Shown here piece after piece: positions 11,334 through 21,188 of a stretch of DNA of 64,000 nucleotides (positions are counted from its first letter, which is position 1; every line of letters begins with the position of its first letter). The stretch spans positions 32,001-96,000 of the forward strand of contig CAVYRH010000007.1 in NCBI GenBank assembly GCA_963770835.1, in the 5' to 3' direction. Under the pieces are notes generated by a model, which ran no database searches, was not told the DNA's origin, and saw only the letters and a program-made list of their open reading frames with translations. The position numbers and the translations under genes are program-made. This DNA comes from an uncultured Pseudomonadota bacterium. Lineage in GTDB: Bacteria; Oederibacteriota; Muellerivitia; Muellerivitales; Muellerivitaceae.

Positions 11334-13472
11334 GTGATTTTCGGAAAAAAAACTACCTCCCTTCTCTTCATGATTTTCTCGGCCATCCTATTCAACCGCG
11401 GTTCCTTCGCCCAAGCACAGGATAAAAATTTGTCTCCGGTCCAAACTCCGGAAGCAAGCCCGTCCCCCTTTTCCACACCAGTGGCAAGCCCATCCCCCCT
11501 CCCCACGCCGGAGGTAGGTTCCTCCGCCCCGACAGTGGCGGCAGAAGCATCCCCAAGCACGTTAAAAAAATTGAGCTTGGAGGACCTGATGAATTTGGAT
11601 GTCACTTCCGTATCCAAACAGCCCCAGCCCTATGGGGAAGCGCCAGCCGCGATCGATGTGATTACTAACGATGAAATCCGCCGTTCGGGCGCTTCCAACA
11701 TCCCGGAGGCCCTGCGGCTGGCGGACAACCTGGAAGTGGCGCAAAAAGACTCCCATGACTGGGCCATCAGCGCGCGCGGGTTCAACACCAGTTTGGCGAA
11801 CAAGCTTTTGGTCTTGATGGACGGAAGGACCCTTTACACGCCCCTTTTCGCCGGCGTCATCTGGGACACGCAGGATTACCTCATGGAGGATATTGACCGT
11901 ATCGAGGTCATCAGCGGCCCCGGCGGAACCCTCTGGGGCGCCAACGCGGTGAACGGCGTCATCAACATCACCACGAAGGGCGCGAAAGACACCCAGGGGC
12001 TTTACGTGGAAGGCGGCGGGGGAACCGAATTGCAGGATTTCACCGGAGTCCGTTACGGCGGCGCCTTGGACTCCAACATTTATTACCGCTTTTACGGTAA
12101 ATATTTCGACCAAGGGAATGAATATTTTCACCCTTCCGGGAACGCAGCGCCGGATTCGTGGCACATGGGCCAAGGGGGATTCCGGATGGACGTCCTTACC
12201 TCAACGGAAGAAACGTTCACTTTGCAGGGGGACTATTACGACGGCAACCAAAATATTTCGACGGGGGGAAACTCCCAAACCAGCGGGGGAAACGTATTGG
12301 GACGCTGGTCCCGTAGTTTCGCCGACGATTCCAACCTGAGCCTGCAATTGTATTACGACCAAACCTACCTGGACGACCCTGTCCCTGCGGACGGTCTGTT
12401 GGCACCCGCGGGAACGCTGGCCGACACCCTCGACACCTACGACATGGACTTCCAATACCGGTTCCACCTGGACACTTGGAACAACCTGGTTTCGGGTTTG
12501 GGGTACCGATATACGAATGAAGTGGACCAGAATGCCCCGGCCCTAGCCTATGAGCCGTCCACATTGGACCAGAATTTATACAGCGCCTTCGCCCAGGATG
12601 AAATGGTGCTGGAAAAGGACCTTTCGTTCATCTTCGGGAGCAAGCTGGAGCACAACGACTATACAGGTTTCGAAGTGGAACCCAGCGCAAGGCTGAAATG
12701 GGACGTGGACTCGGGTCAAATGCTATGGGCTGCGGTTTCCAGGGCCGTCCGCATGCCATCCCGCGTGGACCGGGATGAGGAGTATCCCATCACGAACCCG
12801 ATCTACGAGCACTTTGGGATCGACGAGCTCCTAATCGGCGGCGCCGATTTCGTGTCCGAAACGGTCATTACTTACGAACTGGGTTACCGGGCCCAGCTCA
12901 ACCCGGAACTTTCTACGTCCCTTTCGACCTTCTTCAACAATTACGGTGACATTCGAAGCGCGGCTTATACGCCTCCGCCGACGCCCTTGAATCAGGGTCT
13001 TCCCATCGTCTTCCAAAACAACCTGTTGGCACAGACCTGCGGCGTCGAACTCACCGCCGACTACCAGGTCCTGGAAGGGTGGAGGATGCATGCCGGTTAT
13101 GACCTGCTGCAGGAGAATGTCTGGGTCGTGCCGGGAGCGAAGGATATCAACAACGCGCTCAACGAAACCGCCGACCCGCCGAACCAGGTTTTCTTGCGTT
13201 CCTCCATGGACTTGCCGGGAAACCTGGAGTTTGATCCTTCTTTTCGTTGGATTGATTCCATCGTCTACAACAACAACGGCAGCCCCGCTCGGGTCCCCAG
13301 CTACGCCGAACTGGACGCTCGTTTAGGCTGGAGCCCAGTCCAAAACATCGAGGTTTCGGTGACGGGATTGAGCCTCCTGCATTACGAACATGTCGAGTAC
13401 CTGGTCAACGGCGCCAACCAGAACGAATGGATCCAGCGCAGCGTTTATGGAAAGATCGCATGCCGGTTCTGA
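11334..13472 (+). CDS. TonB-dependent outer-membrane receptor
   Basis: Plug motifs LSLEDLMNLDVTSVSK, LLVLMDGR, IDRIEVISGPGGTLWGANAVNGVINI; C-terminal Phe; AGGAG RBS before GTG11334. Confidence 0.93.
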   Translation: MIFGKKTTSLLFMIFSAILFNRGSFAQAQDKNLSPVQTPEASPSPFSTPVASPSPLPTPEVGSSAPTVAAEASPSTLKKLSLEDLMNLDVTSVSKQPQPYGEAPAAIDVITNDEIRRSGASNIPEALRLADNLEVAQKDSHDWAISARGFNTSLANKLLVLMDGRTLYTPLFAGVIWDTQDYLMEDIDRIEVISGPGGTLWGANAVNGVINITTKGAKDTQGLYVEGGGGTELQDFTGVRYGGALDSNIYYRFYGKYFDQGNEYFHPSGNAAPDSWHMGQGGFRMDVLTSTEETFTLQGDYYDGNQNISTGGNSQTSGGNVLGRWSRSFADDSNLSLQLYYDQTYLDDPVPADGLLAPAGTLADTLDTYDMDFQYRFHLDTWNNLVSGLGYRYTNEVDQNAPALAYEPSTLDQNLYSAFAQDEMVLEKDLSFIFGSKLEHNDYTGFEVEPSARLKWDVDSGQMLWAAVSRAVRMPSRVDRDEEYPITNPIYEHFGIDELLIGGADFVSETVITYELGYRAQLNPELSTSLSTFFNNYGDIRSAAYTPPPTPLNQGLPIVFQNNLLAQTCGVELTADYQVLEGWRMHAGYDLLQENVWVVPGAKDINNALNETADPPNQVFLRSSMDLPGNLEFDPSFRWIDSIVYNNNGSPARVPSYAELDARLGWSPVQNIEVSVTGLSLLHYEHVEYLVNGANQNEWIQRSVYGKIACRF

Positions 13473-14041
13473 CCTTGCCCCGACAGGTAAGGACAACAGG
13501 CGTGGGGCTTGTCCTGCTGGCCCTTTTGTTTTTGACCACTAGGGCGCCCCTCTTGGCGGAACCCACGATTTCGAAGGAATACCAGGTCAAGGCCGTCTTC
13601 CTCTTTAACTTCGCCCAATTCGTCCAATGGCCGCCCAAGGCCTTCACTTCCGCGGACGAGCCTTTTTGCATCGGCATTTTAGGCGACGACCCCTTCGACG
13701 CCTTTTTGGACGCGACCGTCAACGGCGAGAAAATAGGCGGCCATCCCCTGGTCATTGAACGCTACCGACGCATCGAGGACGCCAAGGACTGCCAGATCCT
13801 GTTCATCAGCCGGTCCGAAAACGCACGGATGGGAAGCATCTTGGACGGTTTGAAGGGAAGGAGCGTCCTCACGATCGGGGACACGGACGGTTTCATCGAA
13901 AACGGGGGAATCATCCGTTTCGTCACGGTGAATAATAAAATCCATTTCAAGATCAACCTGGAGGCCGCGAAGCGAGCCAACCTGACCATTAGCTCCCAAG
14001 TACTGCGGCTGGCCGAAATCACCGGGCCGGGAAAGGACTGA
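13460..14041 (+). CDS. YfiR/HmsC-like (DUF4154) periplasmic regulator
   Basis: EYQVKAVFLFNFAQFVQWP, CQILFIS, FKINLEAAKRANLTISSQVLRLA; signal peptide; two Cys. Confidence 0.88.
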   Translation: MPVLTLPRQVRTTGVGLVLLALLFLTTRAPLLAEPTISKEYQVKAVFLFNFAQFVQWPPKAFTSADEPFCIGILGDDPFDAFLDATVNGEKIGGHPLVIERYRRIEDAKDCQILFISRSENARMGSILDGLKGRSVLTIGDTDGFIENGGIIRFVTVNNKIHFKINLEAAKRANLTISSQVLRLAEITGPGKD

Positions 14042-14043
14042 CC

Positions 14044-16245
14044 GTGGCGCTCAAGGACATGCCCATCCGGCGAAAATTGATGGCGGTCAATCTGCTCACC
14101 AGCGGCGCGGTGCTGCTGCTGACTTGCGCGGCCTTCACCACTTATGAAATCGTCACGCTGCGCAAGGGCATGGTGGATGGCTACCGGACGAGGGCTGAAA
14201 TCATTGCCGCCAACTCCACGGCGGCGCTGGCCTTCCAAAACGAGGCGGATGCCGCCGATGTGCTGGCCGTGCTTAAAACCGACCCCCGGGTCACAGGGGC
14301 CTGCCTTTATGACAGCCAGGGAAAATTATTCGCGAAGTATCCGGCCGGTGCCCCTGCCTGGGTTTTTCCCGCCAGTCCGGGCGAATCCGGCTACCGGGGC
14401 GGGCATTTGGAAGTCTTCTGTCCCATCGTCCAAGGGGACCGGAAACTCGGCACAGTCTATATCCAATCGGACTTGTCAGCCCTGACAGACCGGTATTCCG
14501 CCTATGCCTGGCTTTCGGTCGCCATCATTCTTGGTTCCATCCTGACCGCTTTTCTGCTTTCCAGGACCTTGGAAAAGCAAATCTCCAGGCCTGTCCTGGC
14601 CTTGGCCAAGGTAGCCATTGCCGTCTCCGACCACCGGAACTTCTCGGTTCGCGCCCAAAAGTTCAGCGAAGACGAATTGGGGTCGCTGACCGACGCCTTC
14701 AACCAGATGCTCGGGGAGATTCAGGCCCAAAACCAGGCGCTCGAGGCCTCCGAGGCCAATTACCGGGAAATTTTTGAGAAGGCCAACGACGGTATTATTA
14801 TTACGGATCCCGAAACATCCGCGAATCCTATCGTGGATATGAATCCCCGGCTGGAACGAATGACCGGTTTTACCCTGGAGGAATATAAAAAAGTCCCGGT
14901 GGAAAAACTGTTCACCAAAGAACTTGGTTTTACCCCGGAGGATTACGGGGTTTTAGCCAAGAAGGCCCTGGCCGAAGGCCCCCAACTCTTCGAATGGCTG
15001 GCGCTTCACAAGGACGGACATACCTATTGGATTGAAGTAAGCCTCCAGAAGGCCATCTTGGCCGGTAAAACCCGGTTAATTGCTTTTATCCGCGATATCT
15101 CTGAGCGTAAGCAACTGGAGGAAATCCTCCAGACCCGGGATTTCATCACCTCCGTCCTCGAGAACCTGCCCAATATGGTTTTCGTCAAGAATGCCAAGGA
15201 CCTGCGTTTCGTCATGTTCAACAAAGCGGGCGAGGAACTCTTGGGGGTCCAGCGGGCCGACATCATCGGCAAGAACGATTATGACTTCTTCCCCGGGGAA
15301 CAAGCGGATTTTTTCACCTCCAAGGACCGGGCGGTATTGAACAGCGGAAAAGTCCTGGACATACCGGAGGAGTCCATTGACACGAAGGCCAACGGGAAAA
15401 GGATATTGCACACCAAAAAAATCCCGATCCGGGACAAGGAGGGGACCCCTCAATACCTCCTCGGCATCTCGGAGGACATCACGGAGGAAAAACGGCAGCA
15501 AGAATTAAGGATGTACACCCAGGCCCTGGAAGTGAGCAACAAGGAACTGCAGGATTTCGTTTTCGTGGCTTCCCACGACCTGCAGGAACCCTTGAGGAAA
15601 ATCCAGTCTTTCGCCAATTTCCTGGCCGAGGAATACGGCGCCGCCCTCGAGGGCAACGGCAAGGATTACCTGGAGCGCATGCGGTCGGCCGCGGGCCGCA
15701 TGCAGACCCTCATCAACGACCTTTTGTCCCTCACCCGGGTCACCACCAAGGCCCAGCCCTTTCTTCCCGTCGACCTTTCCCAAGTGATCCGGGATGTCCT
15801 GGAAGACCTGGAAACCAAGATCGGGGAAAAAGGCGCCCAAATTCACGTGGGGCCCCTTCCAACCCTGAAAGCGGATGCCACCCAAATACGGCAATTGTTC
15901 CAGAACCTCATCGGGAACGCATTGAAATACCAAAAGCCGGGTGTCCCGCCCCAAATCAAAATCAGCGCTTCCTTGGGCGGACCGGCGGGACCTCCACTTG
16001 GATTTTGCCGCATCCTAGTGGAGGATAACGGCATCGGATTCGACAACCAATACGCGGAGCAGATTTTCAAAGTGTTTGAAAGGCTTCACGGGCGGGAGGA
16101 GTATGAGGGAACGGGGATAGGTTTGGCGATATGCCGGAAAGTAGTGGAACGGCACGGCGGCACCATCCGCGCCGAAGGGACGATTGGAAAGGGCAGCCTC
16201 TTCACGGTGGAACTGCCGCTCGGGCCAAAAACTAATGGAGGATAG
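14044..16245 (+). CDS. Membrane sensor histidine kinase (TM-CHASE8-like-TM-HAMP-PAS-PAS-HisKA-HATPase)
   Basis: IIAANSTAALAF periplasmic motif as in YfiN-type sensors; HAMP DELGSLTDAFNQML; SHDLQEPLR; GTGIGL. Confidence 0.92.
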   Translation: MALKDMPIRRKLMAVNLLTSGAVLLLTCAAFTTYEIVTLRKGMVDGYRTRAEIIAANSTAALAFQNEADAADVLAVLKTDPRVTGACLYDSQGKLFAKYPAGAPAWVFPASPGESGYRGGHLEVFCPIVQGDRKLGTVYIQSDLSALTDRYSAYAWLSVAIILGSILTAFLLSRTLEKQISRPVLALAKVAIAVSDHRNFSVRAQKFSEDELGSLTDAFNQMLGEIQAQNQALEASEANYREIFEKANDGIIITDPETSANPIVDMNPRLERMTGFTLEEYKKVPVEKLFTKELGFTPEDYGVLAKKALAEGPQLFEWLALHKDGHTYWIEVSLQKAILAGKTRLIAFIRDISERKQLEEILQTRDFITSVLENLPNMVFVKNAKDLRFVMFNKAGEELLGVQRADIIGKNDYDFFPGEQADFFTSKDRAVLNSGKVLDIPEESIDTKANGKRILHTKKIPIRDKEGTPQYLLGISEDITEEKRQQELRMYTQALEVSNKELQDFVFVASHDLQEPLRKIQSFANFLAEEYGAALEGNGKDYLERMRSAAGRMQTLINDLLSLTRVTTKAQPFLPVDLSQVIRDVLEDLETKIGEKGAQIHVGPLPTLKADATQIRQLFQNLIGNALKYQKPGVPPQIKISASLGGPAGPPLGFCRILVEDNGIGFDNQYAEQIFKVFERLHGREEYEGTGIGLAICRKVVERHGGTIRAEGTIGKGSLFTVELPLGPKTNGG

Positions 16246-16246
16246 G

Positions 16247-16717
16247 ATGACACAAGCTGAAAAAAATTCGATGCCGATATTGATGGTCGACGACGACAAG
16301 GACGACCGGATGATCACGGAGAAGGCGCTCCGGAAAAGCCGGGTGGTCAACCCTATCATCTTCCTCGTGGATGGGGAAGAATTGATGGATTACCTCAAGC
16401 GAAAGGGCAAATTTTCCGGCTTGGGCACCGCCTCCAGGCCTTGTTTCATCCTCCTGGACTTGAACATGCCCAAGATGGACGGCCGCAAGGTGCTCCTTTT
16501 CATCAAGGCGGACCCGGACCTGAAAAATATCCCTGTTGTGGTGCTGACCACTTCCAAAGCCGAAGAAGATATTGTCCGAAGCTATAATTTGGGGGCCAAC
16601 TCCTTCATCACCAAACCGGTTAATTTCGAGGGACTGGTGAGCTTGATGGAATCCTTGAAGAATTACTGGCTGGAGATCGTCGAACTGCCTCCCGGAAACG
16701 GACACGCGCCGCAATGA
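16247..16717 (+). CDS. Single-domain response regulator (Rcp1-like)
   Basis: ILMVDDD, ILLDLNMPK, GANSFITKP, NYW; GGAGG RBS. Confidence 0.92.
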   Translation: MTQAEKNSMPILMVDDDKDDRMITEKALRKSRVVNPIIFLVDGEELMDYLKRKGKFSGLGTASRPCFILLDLNMPKMDGRKVLLFIKADPDLKNIPVVVLTTSKAEEDIVRSYNLGANSFITKPVNFEGLVSLMESLKNYWLEIVELPPGNGHAPQ

Positions 16718-19404
16718 CCGAAAAACCCATTCGGGTCCTGTTGGTGGAGGATGACAACGAGGACTTCCTGATCATCCAAAAAATGCTCACGGTCGTCAAA
16801 AAAAAGTGCTTTGAGCTGGACCGGGTTTCCACCTATAAGGCCGCCATCCAGAAGCTGGAACAGAGGGATCATGACGTCTGCCTGCTGGATTACCGGCTGG
16901 AGGGACGGAACGGACTGGACTTGCTCAAGGAAGCGGCCCTCAAGGGGCACACCATCCCTATTATTTTCCTCACGGGCCAGGGGGAACACGAGGTGGACGT
17001 GGAAGCCATCCAATTAGGCGCCGCGGACTTTCTCTACAAGAACAAGATTGACGGCGACATGCTGGAACGGTCGGTGCGCTACGCCCTGGAGCGGCACAAA
17101 GCGGAGGAAAACCGGATCCGTCTGGCCGCTATCGTGGAATCCTCCGAGGACGCGATTTATTCGGTCACCCTTGAGGGGGTCATCCTCAGTTGGAACGCGG
17201 GCGCCCAGCGGGTTTACGGGTTTGCCGCCGAAGAGGCGGGGGGGCGGCATATATCGCTCGTTCTTTCCCCGGCCCAAGAGAAGGAATTCACCGCGTTTTT
17301 ATCGATGGTTCGGGAAGGGAAGGCCGTCATCAACGCCATGGCCGCTCACCGAACCAAACAAGGCAAGGACGTCCTGCTTTCCCTGACCCTATCACCCATT
17401 CGAAACCCCTTAGGCCAGGTCGTCCGGGCCTCCGTGGTGGCCCGGGACATCACCGAAAGCGAAAAATCGAAGGCCCTCCAAGAGATGCTTCGGGGCGAAC
17501 GCGACCAGCTCTTGGAACGCCTCCAACTGCAAATGCAAATCATGCCCATTGCCTTTCTTGTCTTGGACCATGATTTCAACATTACCTATTGGAATCCCGC
17601 GGCCGGAAGGATTTTTGGGTACGACTTCCCCGAAGTGGAAGGGAAGTCCGTCACCCTCCTGCTGGCGGATTCGGAAAAAGCAGAAGTCGAACAAACCATC
17701 CAAAAGGTCAAAGCCGGCTACACCCCTCCCCATGGCAGCATCCGCAAGATCCGGCAAAAGAAGGGAACCTTCATCACTTGCGAGTTCTACAACGGGACCC
17801 TTAAGGATTCGGAGGGCTATTTAACGGGTACGATGGTCATGGCCATCGACATCACCGAACGCCGCAAGGCCGAGGAAGTCCAATCCCAATTGGCCGCTAT
17901 CCTCCAACAAACCCCCGATGCGGTCATTGGAGTGGATTTGGAAGGACGGATTTTCAATTGGAACCGGGGCGCGGAAATGTTATATGGCTATTCCTTCGAT
18001 GAAATCGTCGGGCAACAAGTGTCGCTATTGGTGCCGCCGGACCGCCAGGAGGAATCCCAAAAAATCACCCAGGCCGCAAGCCAGGGTGAAGTTGTGCAGG
18101 GGTTCGAGACTGTCCAGATTAAAAAAAACGGGGACTTGGTGGATGTTTCCCTTACGTTGTCCCCCATCAAAGAAAGCCGGGGCAAGAGTATTGGTATTTC
18201 GGCGGTCATCCGTGACATTACGGAACGCAAAAAAGCCGAGGATTCACTCCGTAAGCATGAGGAACAACTGCGGTTGGTGGAAAAAATGAACGCCATCGGC
18301 CGCCTGGCGGGGGGGGTGGCCCACGATTTCAACAACCTGTTAAGCGTGATCGGCGGCAATGCCGAATTTTTGATCGGGAACCTGGAGAAGGACAGCCCCC
18401 AACTGGAAGAATTGGGGGAAATCCAAAAAGCCGTGCGGCGGGGAGCCGACCTGACCAAGCAATTGCTGGTCTTTGGCCAGAAACAGGTGGTCCAACCCCA
18501 GCCCGTCAACTTGAACGACCTCGGCGCGGAAATGAACAAAATGCTCAAACGCCTGATCGACGCCAACATTGACCTCGCTATTATCCAAGATAAGGACCTC
18601 AAGCCCATCCTGGCCGACCCGGGGCAAATACAGCAGGTCATCCTGAATCTGGTATTGAACTCACGCGACGCCATGCCCGAAGGCGGGCATTTGATCATCG
18701 AAACCAAGAACCTGGAGTCCGCCCAAATGGAACGGGAAAAAAGGCCCACTTTGCCCATAGGGGATTACGTGCGCCTGAGTGTGACGGACACGGGAACAGG
18801 AATGAGCCAGGAAATTCAAAAGCACGTTTTTGAGCCTTTTTTCACAACTAAGGCGGGGAAGGGAACGGGGCTAGGATTGGCCAGCGTCTATGGCATCGTC
18901 CGCAAGTGGAGCGGGCATATCTTCCTTTACAGCGCTCCCGGGATGGGAAGCACTTTCACGCTTTATTTTCCCGCCCTGCAGGAAGCTGAAACCACGCCAG
19001 CCAAGGCCCAGCCAACCGCTTCCATTTCACAGGGGACAGAGACCATCCTTTTGGCCGAGGATGAGGAACCGGTAAGAAAAATCATCGTCCGAACCCTTAA
19101 AAAATACGGTTACGAGGTGATTGAAGCTAAAAACGGCATTGACGCCGTCCAAAAGGCATGGGAGTACAAGAAGGCAATCCATCTTCTTTTGACCGACACG
19201 GTTATGCCGAAGATGAACGGGAAAGAATTGGCGGATGAAATCCAAAAAGGCCGCCCGGAAACGAAAGTGCTTTTCATTTCCGGTTATCCCCGCGAAATTC
19301 TTTCCCAACAGGGCATTTTGGACTCCGAGATTCGCCTTGTCCAAAAACCGTTCGAACAGGACGATTTGGTCATGAAAATCCGGGAAGTCCTCGATGAAAG
19401 ATAA
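16714..19404 (+). CDS. Hybrid kinase REC-PAS-PAS-PAS-HisKA-HATPase-REC (CckA-like kinase core)
   Basis: LLDYRL; three PAS (WNAGA, WNPAA, WNRGA); GGVAHDFNNLL; DTGTGM; GTGLGL; LLTDTVMP; ATGA overlap with the upstream gene. Confidence 0.93.
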   Translation: MTEKPIRVLLVEDDNEDFLIIQKMLTVVKKKCFELDRVSTYKAAIQKLEQRDHDVCLLDYRLEGRNGLDLLKEAALKGHTIPIIFLTGQGEHEVDVEAIQLGAADFLYKNKIDGDMLERSVRYALERHKAEENRIRLAAIVESSEDAIYSVTLEGVILSWNAGAQRVYGFAAEEAGGRHISLVLSPAQEKEFTAFLSMVREGKAVINAMAAHRTKQGKDVLLSLTLSPIRNPLGQVVRASVVARDITESEKSKALQEMLRGERDQLLERLQLQMQIMPIAFLVLDHDFNITYWNPAAGRIFGYDFPEVEGKSVTLLLADSEKAEVEQTIQKVKAGYTPPHGSIRKIRQKKGTFITCEFYNGTLKDSEGYLTGTMVMAIDITERRKAEEVQSQLAAILQQTPDAVIGVDLEGRIFNWNRGAEMLYGYSFDEIVGQQVSLLVPPDRQEESQKITQAASQGEVVQGFETVQIKKNGDLVDVSLTLSPIKESRGKSIGISAVIRDITERKKAEDSLRKHEEQLRLVEKMNAIGRLAGGVAHDFNNLLSVIGGNAEFLIGNLEKDSPQLEELGEIQKAVRRGADLTKQLLVFGQKQVVQPQPVNLNDLGAEMNKMLKRLIDANIDLAIIQDKDLKPILADPGQIQQVILNLVLNSRDAMPEGGHLIIETKNLESAQMEREKRPTLPIGDYVRLSVTDTGTGMSQEIQKHVFEPFFTTKAGKGTGLGLASVYGIVRKWSGHIFLYSAPGMGSTFTLYFPALQEAETTPAKAQPTASISQGTETILLAEDEEPVRKIIVRTLKKYGYEVIEAKNGIDAVQKAWEYKKAIHLLLTDTVMPKMNGKELADEIQKGRPETKVLFISGYPREILSQQGILDSEIRLVQKPFEQDDLVMKIREVLDER

Positions 19405-19434
19405 CGGGCTGACGGAGATGAATTGGGCGGGGGC

Positions 19435-19917
19435 CTAGTCCTTCAACCAGAGCCTTATTTCCAGCGGAAACCCTTCCACTTCCATGCCACAAGAGGCATG
19501 GGGAGCGCTTGGCGGCCAATCCTCGGGTGTGGACGGCGAGGGGCGGATGGGGCCGATTTGGAAGGAATCGGGGTTCCAAAAGTCATGGAAAAGATAAAGA
19601 CAATAAAGCGAAACCATTTCCTCAAATATTTCTTCCGGGTTGTAACGGCCCATGACGGTGTTTTCCCTCAGGCCCCGAAGCCAATATAAAAATTCGGTCG
19701 TGGTTCGAAGCACCAAAACACCCCGCAAAGTTCCCGTCAAAATCACCCTGCGTTCCACGGGAAGATCGGCCGTCCCGGCCGGGTTTAAAGTGAGGGGATG
19801 AACCTTTTCAGCTCCCCAGGCCCGGATAATCCGCTCAAAAAGACGGCCCGGATCGAAAAAATGGAACCGGAAAGCGCCTGGCGGGTTTCTGTGAGTCTCA
19901 TCCATGGTCATGTCCAT
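19435..19917 (-). CDS. Hypothetical protein, putative divergent CheX-like; paralog of 19949..20440
   Basis: VILTGTLRGVLVLR...EIFEEMVSLYC...PLEIRLW aligns with its neighbour; AAGGA RBS. Confidence 0.7.
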   Translation of the reverse strand: MDMTMDETHRNPPGAFRFHFFDPGRLFERIIRAWGAEKVHPLTLNPAGTADLPVERRVILTGTLRGVLVLRTTTEFLYWLRGLRENTVMGRYNPEEIFEEMVSLYCLYLFHDFWNPDSFQIGPIRPSPSTPEDWPPSAPHASCGMEVEGFPLEIRLWLKD

Positions 19918-19948
19918 TCTTTTTCCTTTCCCAATCTATCCGAAGGAA

Positions 19949-20440
19949 TTAGTCCGCCCAAAAACGGATTTCCAAGGGATGGGTGTCCACCAAAAGCTGG
20001 CAGGTGGCATTGGGGTCCCGGGGCGGCCAATCCCTCGGAGCCGAAGGCCGGGGAAGGATCAATCCCAACTCGAAAAGTTCTGAAACCCAAAAGTTCTGTA
20101 CCAGGTAAATGCAATAAAGGGTGGCCATTTCGTTGAAAAGTTCCCTCCCGCTGCCGGACCGTGGCAGTTTGGAATTCCGTTTTTCCTCGAGCCACTTCAG
20201 AAAGGACCGTTGGCAACGGATGACGAGAATGCCGGACAGGGAGCCTTTCCACCGGATTTTTATTTCCTCCGGCATGTCTTCCCGGTCTTCCAGGGCTTGG
20301 CCGTTGTACTCGGCATCGCCCCCGGCCCAATATTGAACGAATCCCCGGAAAAGCGTGGAAAGGTCCATGGAGCGAGGCATAAAAAGGGGAGGAGTGAAAT
20401 TTAAATTTTCTTGTTGGATCTCGGCTAGGGTTTCGACCAT
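19949..20440 (-). CDS. Hypothetical protein, putative divergent CheX-like; paralog of 19435..19917
   Basis: IRWKGSLSGILVIR...ELFNEMATLYC...PLEIRFW; GAGG RBS; sigma-54 site upstream. Confidence 0.7.
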   Translation of the reverse strand: MVETLAEIQQENLNFTPPLFMPRSMDLSTLFRGFVQYWAGGDAEYNGQALEDREDMPEEIKIRWKGSLSGILVIRCQRSFLKWLEEKRNSKLPRSGSGRELFNEMATLYCIYLVQNFWVSELFELGLILPRPSAPRDWPPRDPNATCQLLVDTHPLEIRFWAD

Positions 20441-20481
20441 GGCTCGCCTCGTTTCGGGATTGATGACATAACCGTTTATAG

Positions 20482-20498
20482 AGCAAAGGAGATGCCAA
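20482..20498 (-). promoter_or_regulatory. Sigma-54 (-24/-12) promoter for the CheX-like pair
   Basis: Minus strand TTGGCATCTCCTTTGCT = GG-N10-GC, 42 nt upstream of the start codon. Confidence 0.75.
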
Positions 20499-20779
20499 TC
20501 GGAGGCCGCTTAATATTAGGGTTTTGTTGAGTGTAAATAGAAAAGTGAACTGAAATGCTTTCCCAGGGGGTAAAAAAGGAACAAAGTTGTGTGGGCCGTT
20601 TACCTAAATTTTTTAAACGAATCTTGGATCACCGGATGGCTAATGCTTACTGGAAAAAAGAGTAAAAATCATACAAACGAATTCTCCTATTCCTCAAATG
20701 ATCAAGAAGATAGGTTGCTTCCGGATTTCCCAAAAACATGTGAGAAAGGGATGTTGTGCCGCTTCATCCATCAGGAGTC

Positions 20780-21169
20780 TCAAGCCACCGCGGTGGCTTT
20801 TTCGGCCAGGATTTCTTTAATCTTGTTCTTTAAGGCGTCCATGTTTACCGGTTTGTCGAAGAAACCGCTAATGTTGAAGCCTTTCAAGGCGAAGTCATTT
20901 TCCATTCCCTTAAAAGCCGAGGCTACCACGATGGGGAGGTAGGGGTGATCCTCGCGCACATGGGGGATCATCTCCATCGCGTGCATGTCGGGCATCTTGA
21001 TGTCGGTCATGAGGAGATCCACGTGGACATCCTCCAGGATTCCCAGGACCTGGAGACCGTTGTCGGCGGTCAAAATACGGTAACCCTCCTCCGACAATTC
21101 CTCCAAATAAAGAAACCGGGAGGCTTCCTCGTCTTCCGCCACCAGGATGGTATAAATGGGTTTTTTCAT
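20780..21169 (-). CDS. Single-domain response regulator
   Basis: ILVAEDE, LMTDIKMP, VASAF, FDKP; AGGAGG RBS. Confidence 0.92.
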   Translation of the reverse strand: MKKPIYTILVAEDEEASRFLYLEELSEEGYRILTADNGLQVLGILEDVHVDLLMTDIKMPDMHAMEMIPHVREDHPYLPIVVASAFKGMENDFALKGFNISGFFDKPVNMDALKNKIKEILAEKATAVA

Positions 21170-21188
21170 GACCGCCTCCTCTTAAAAG

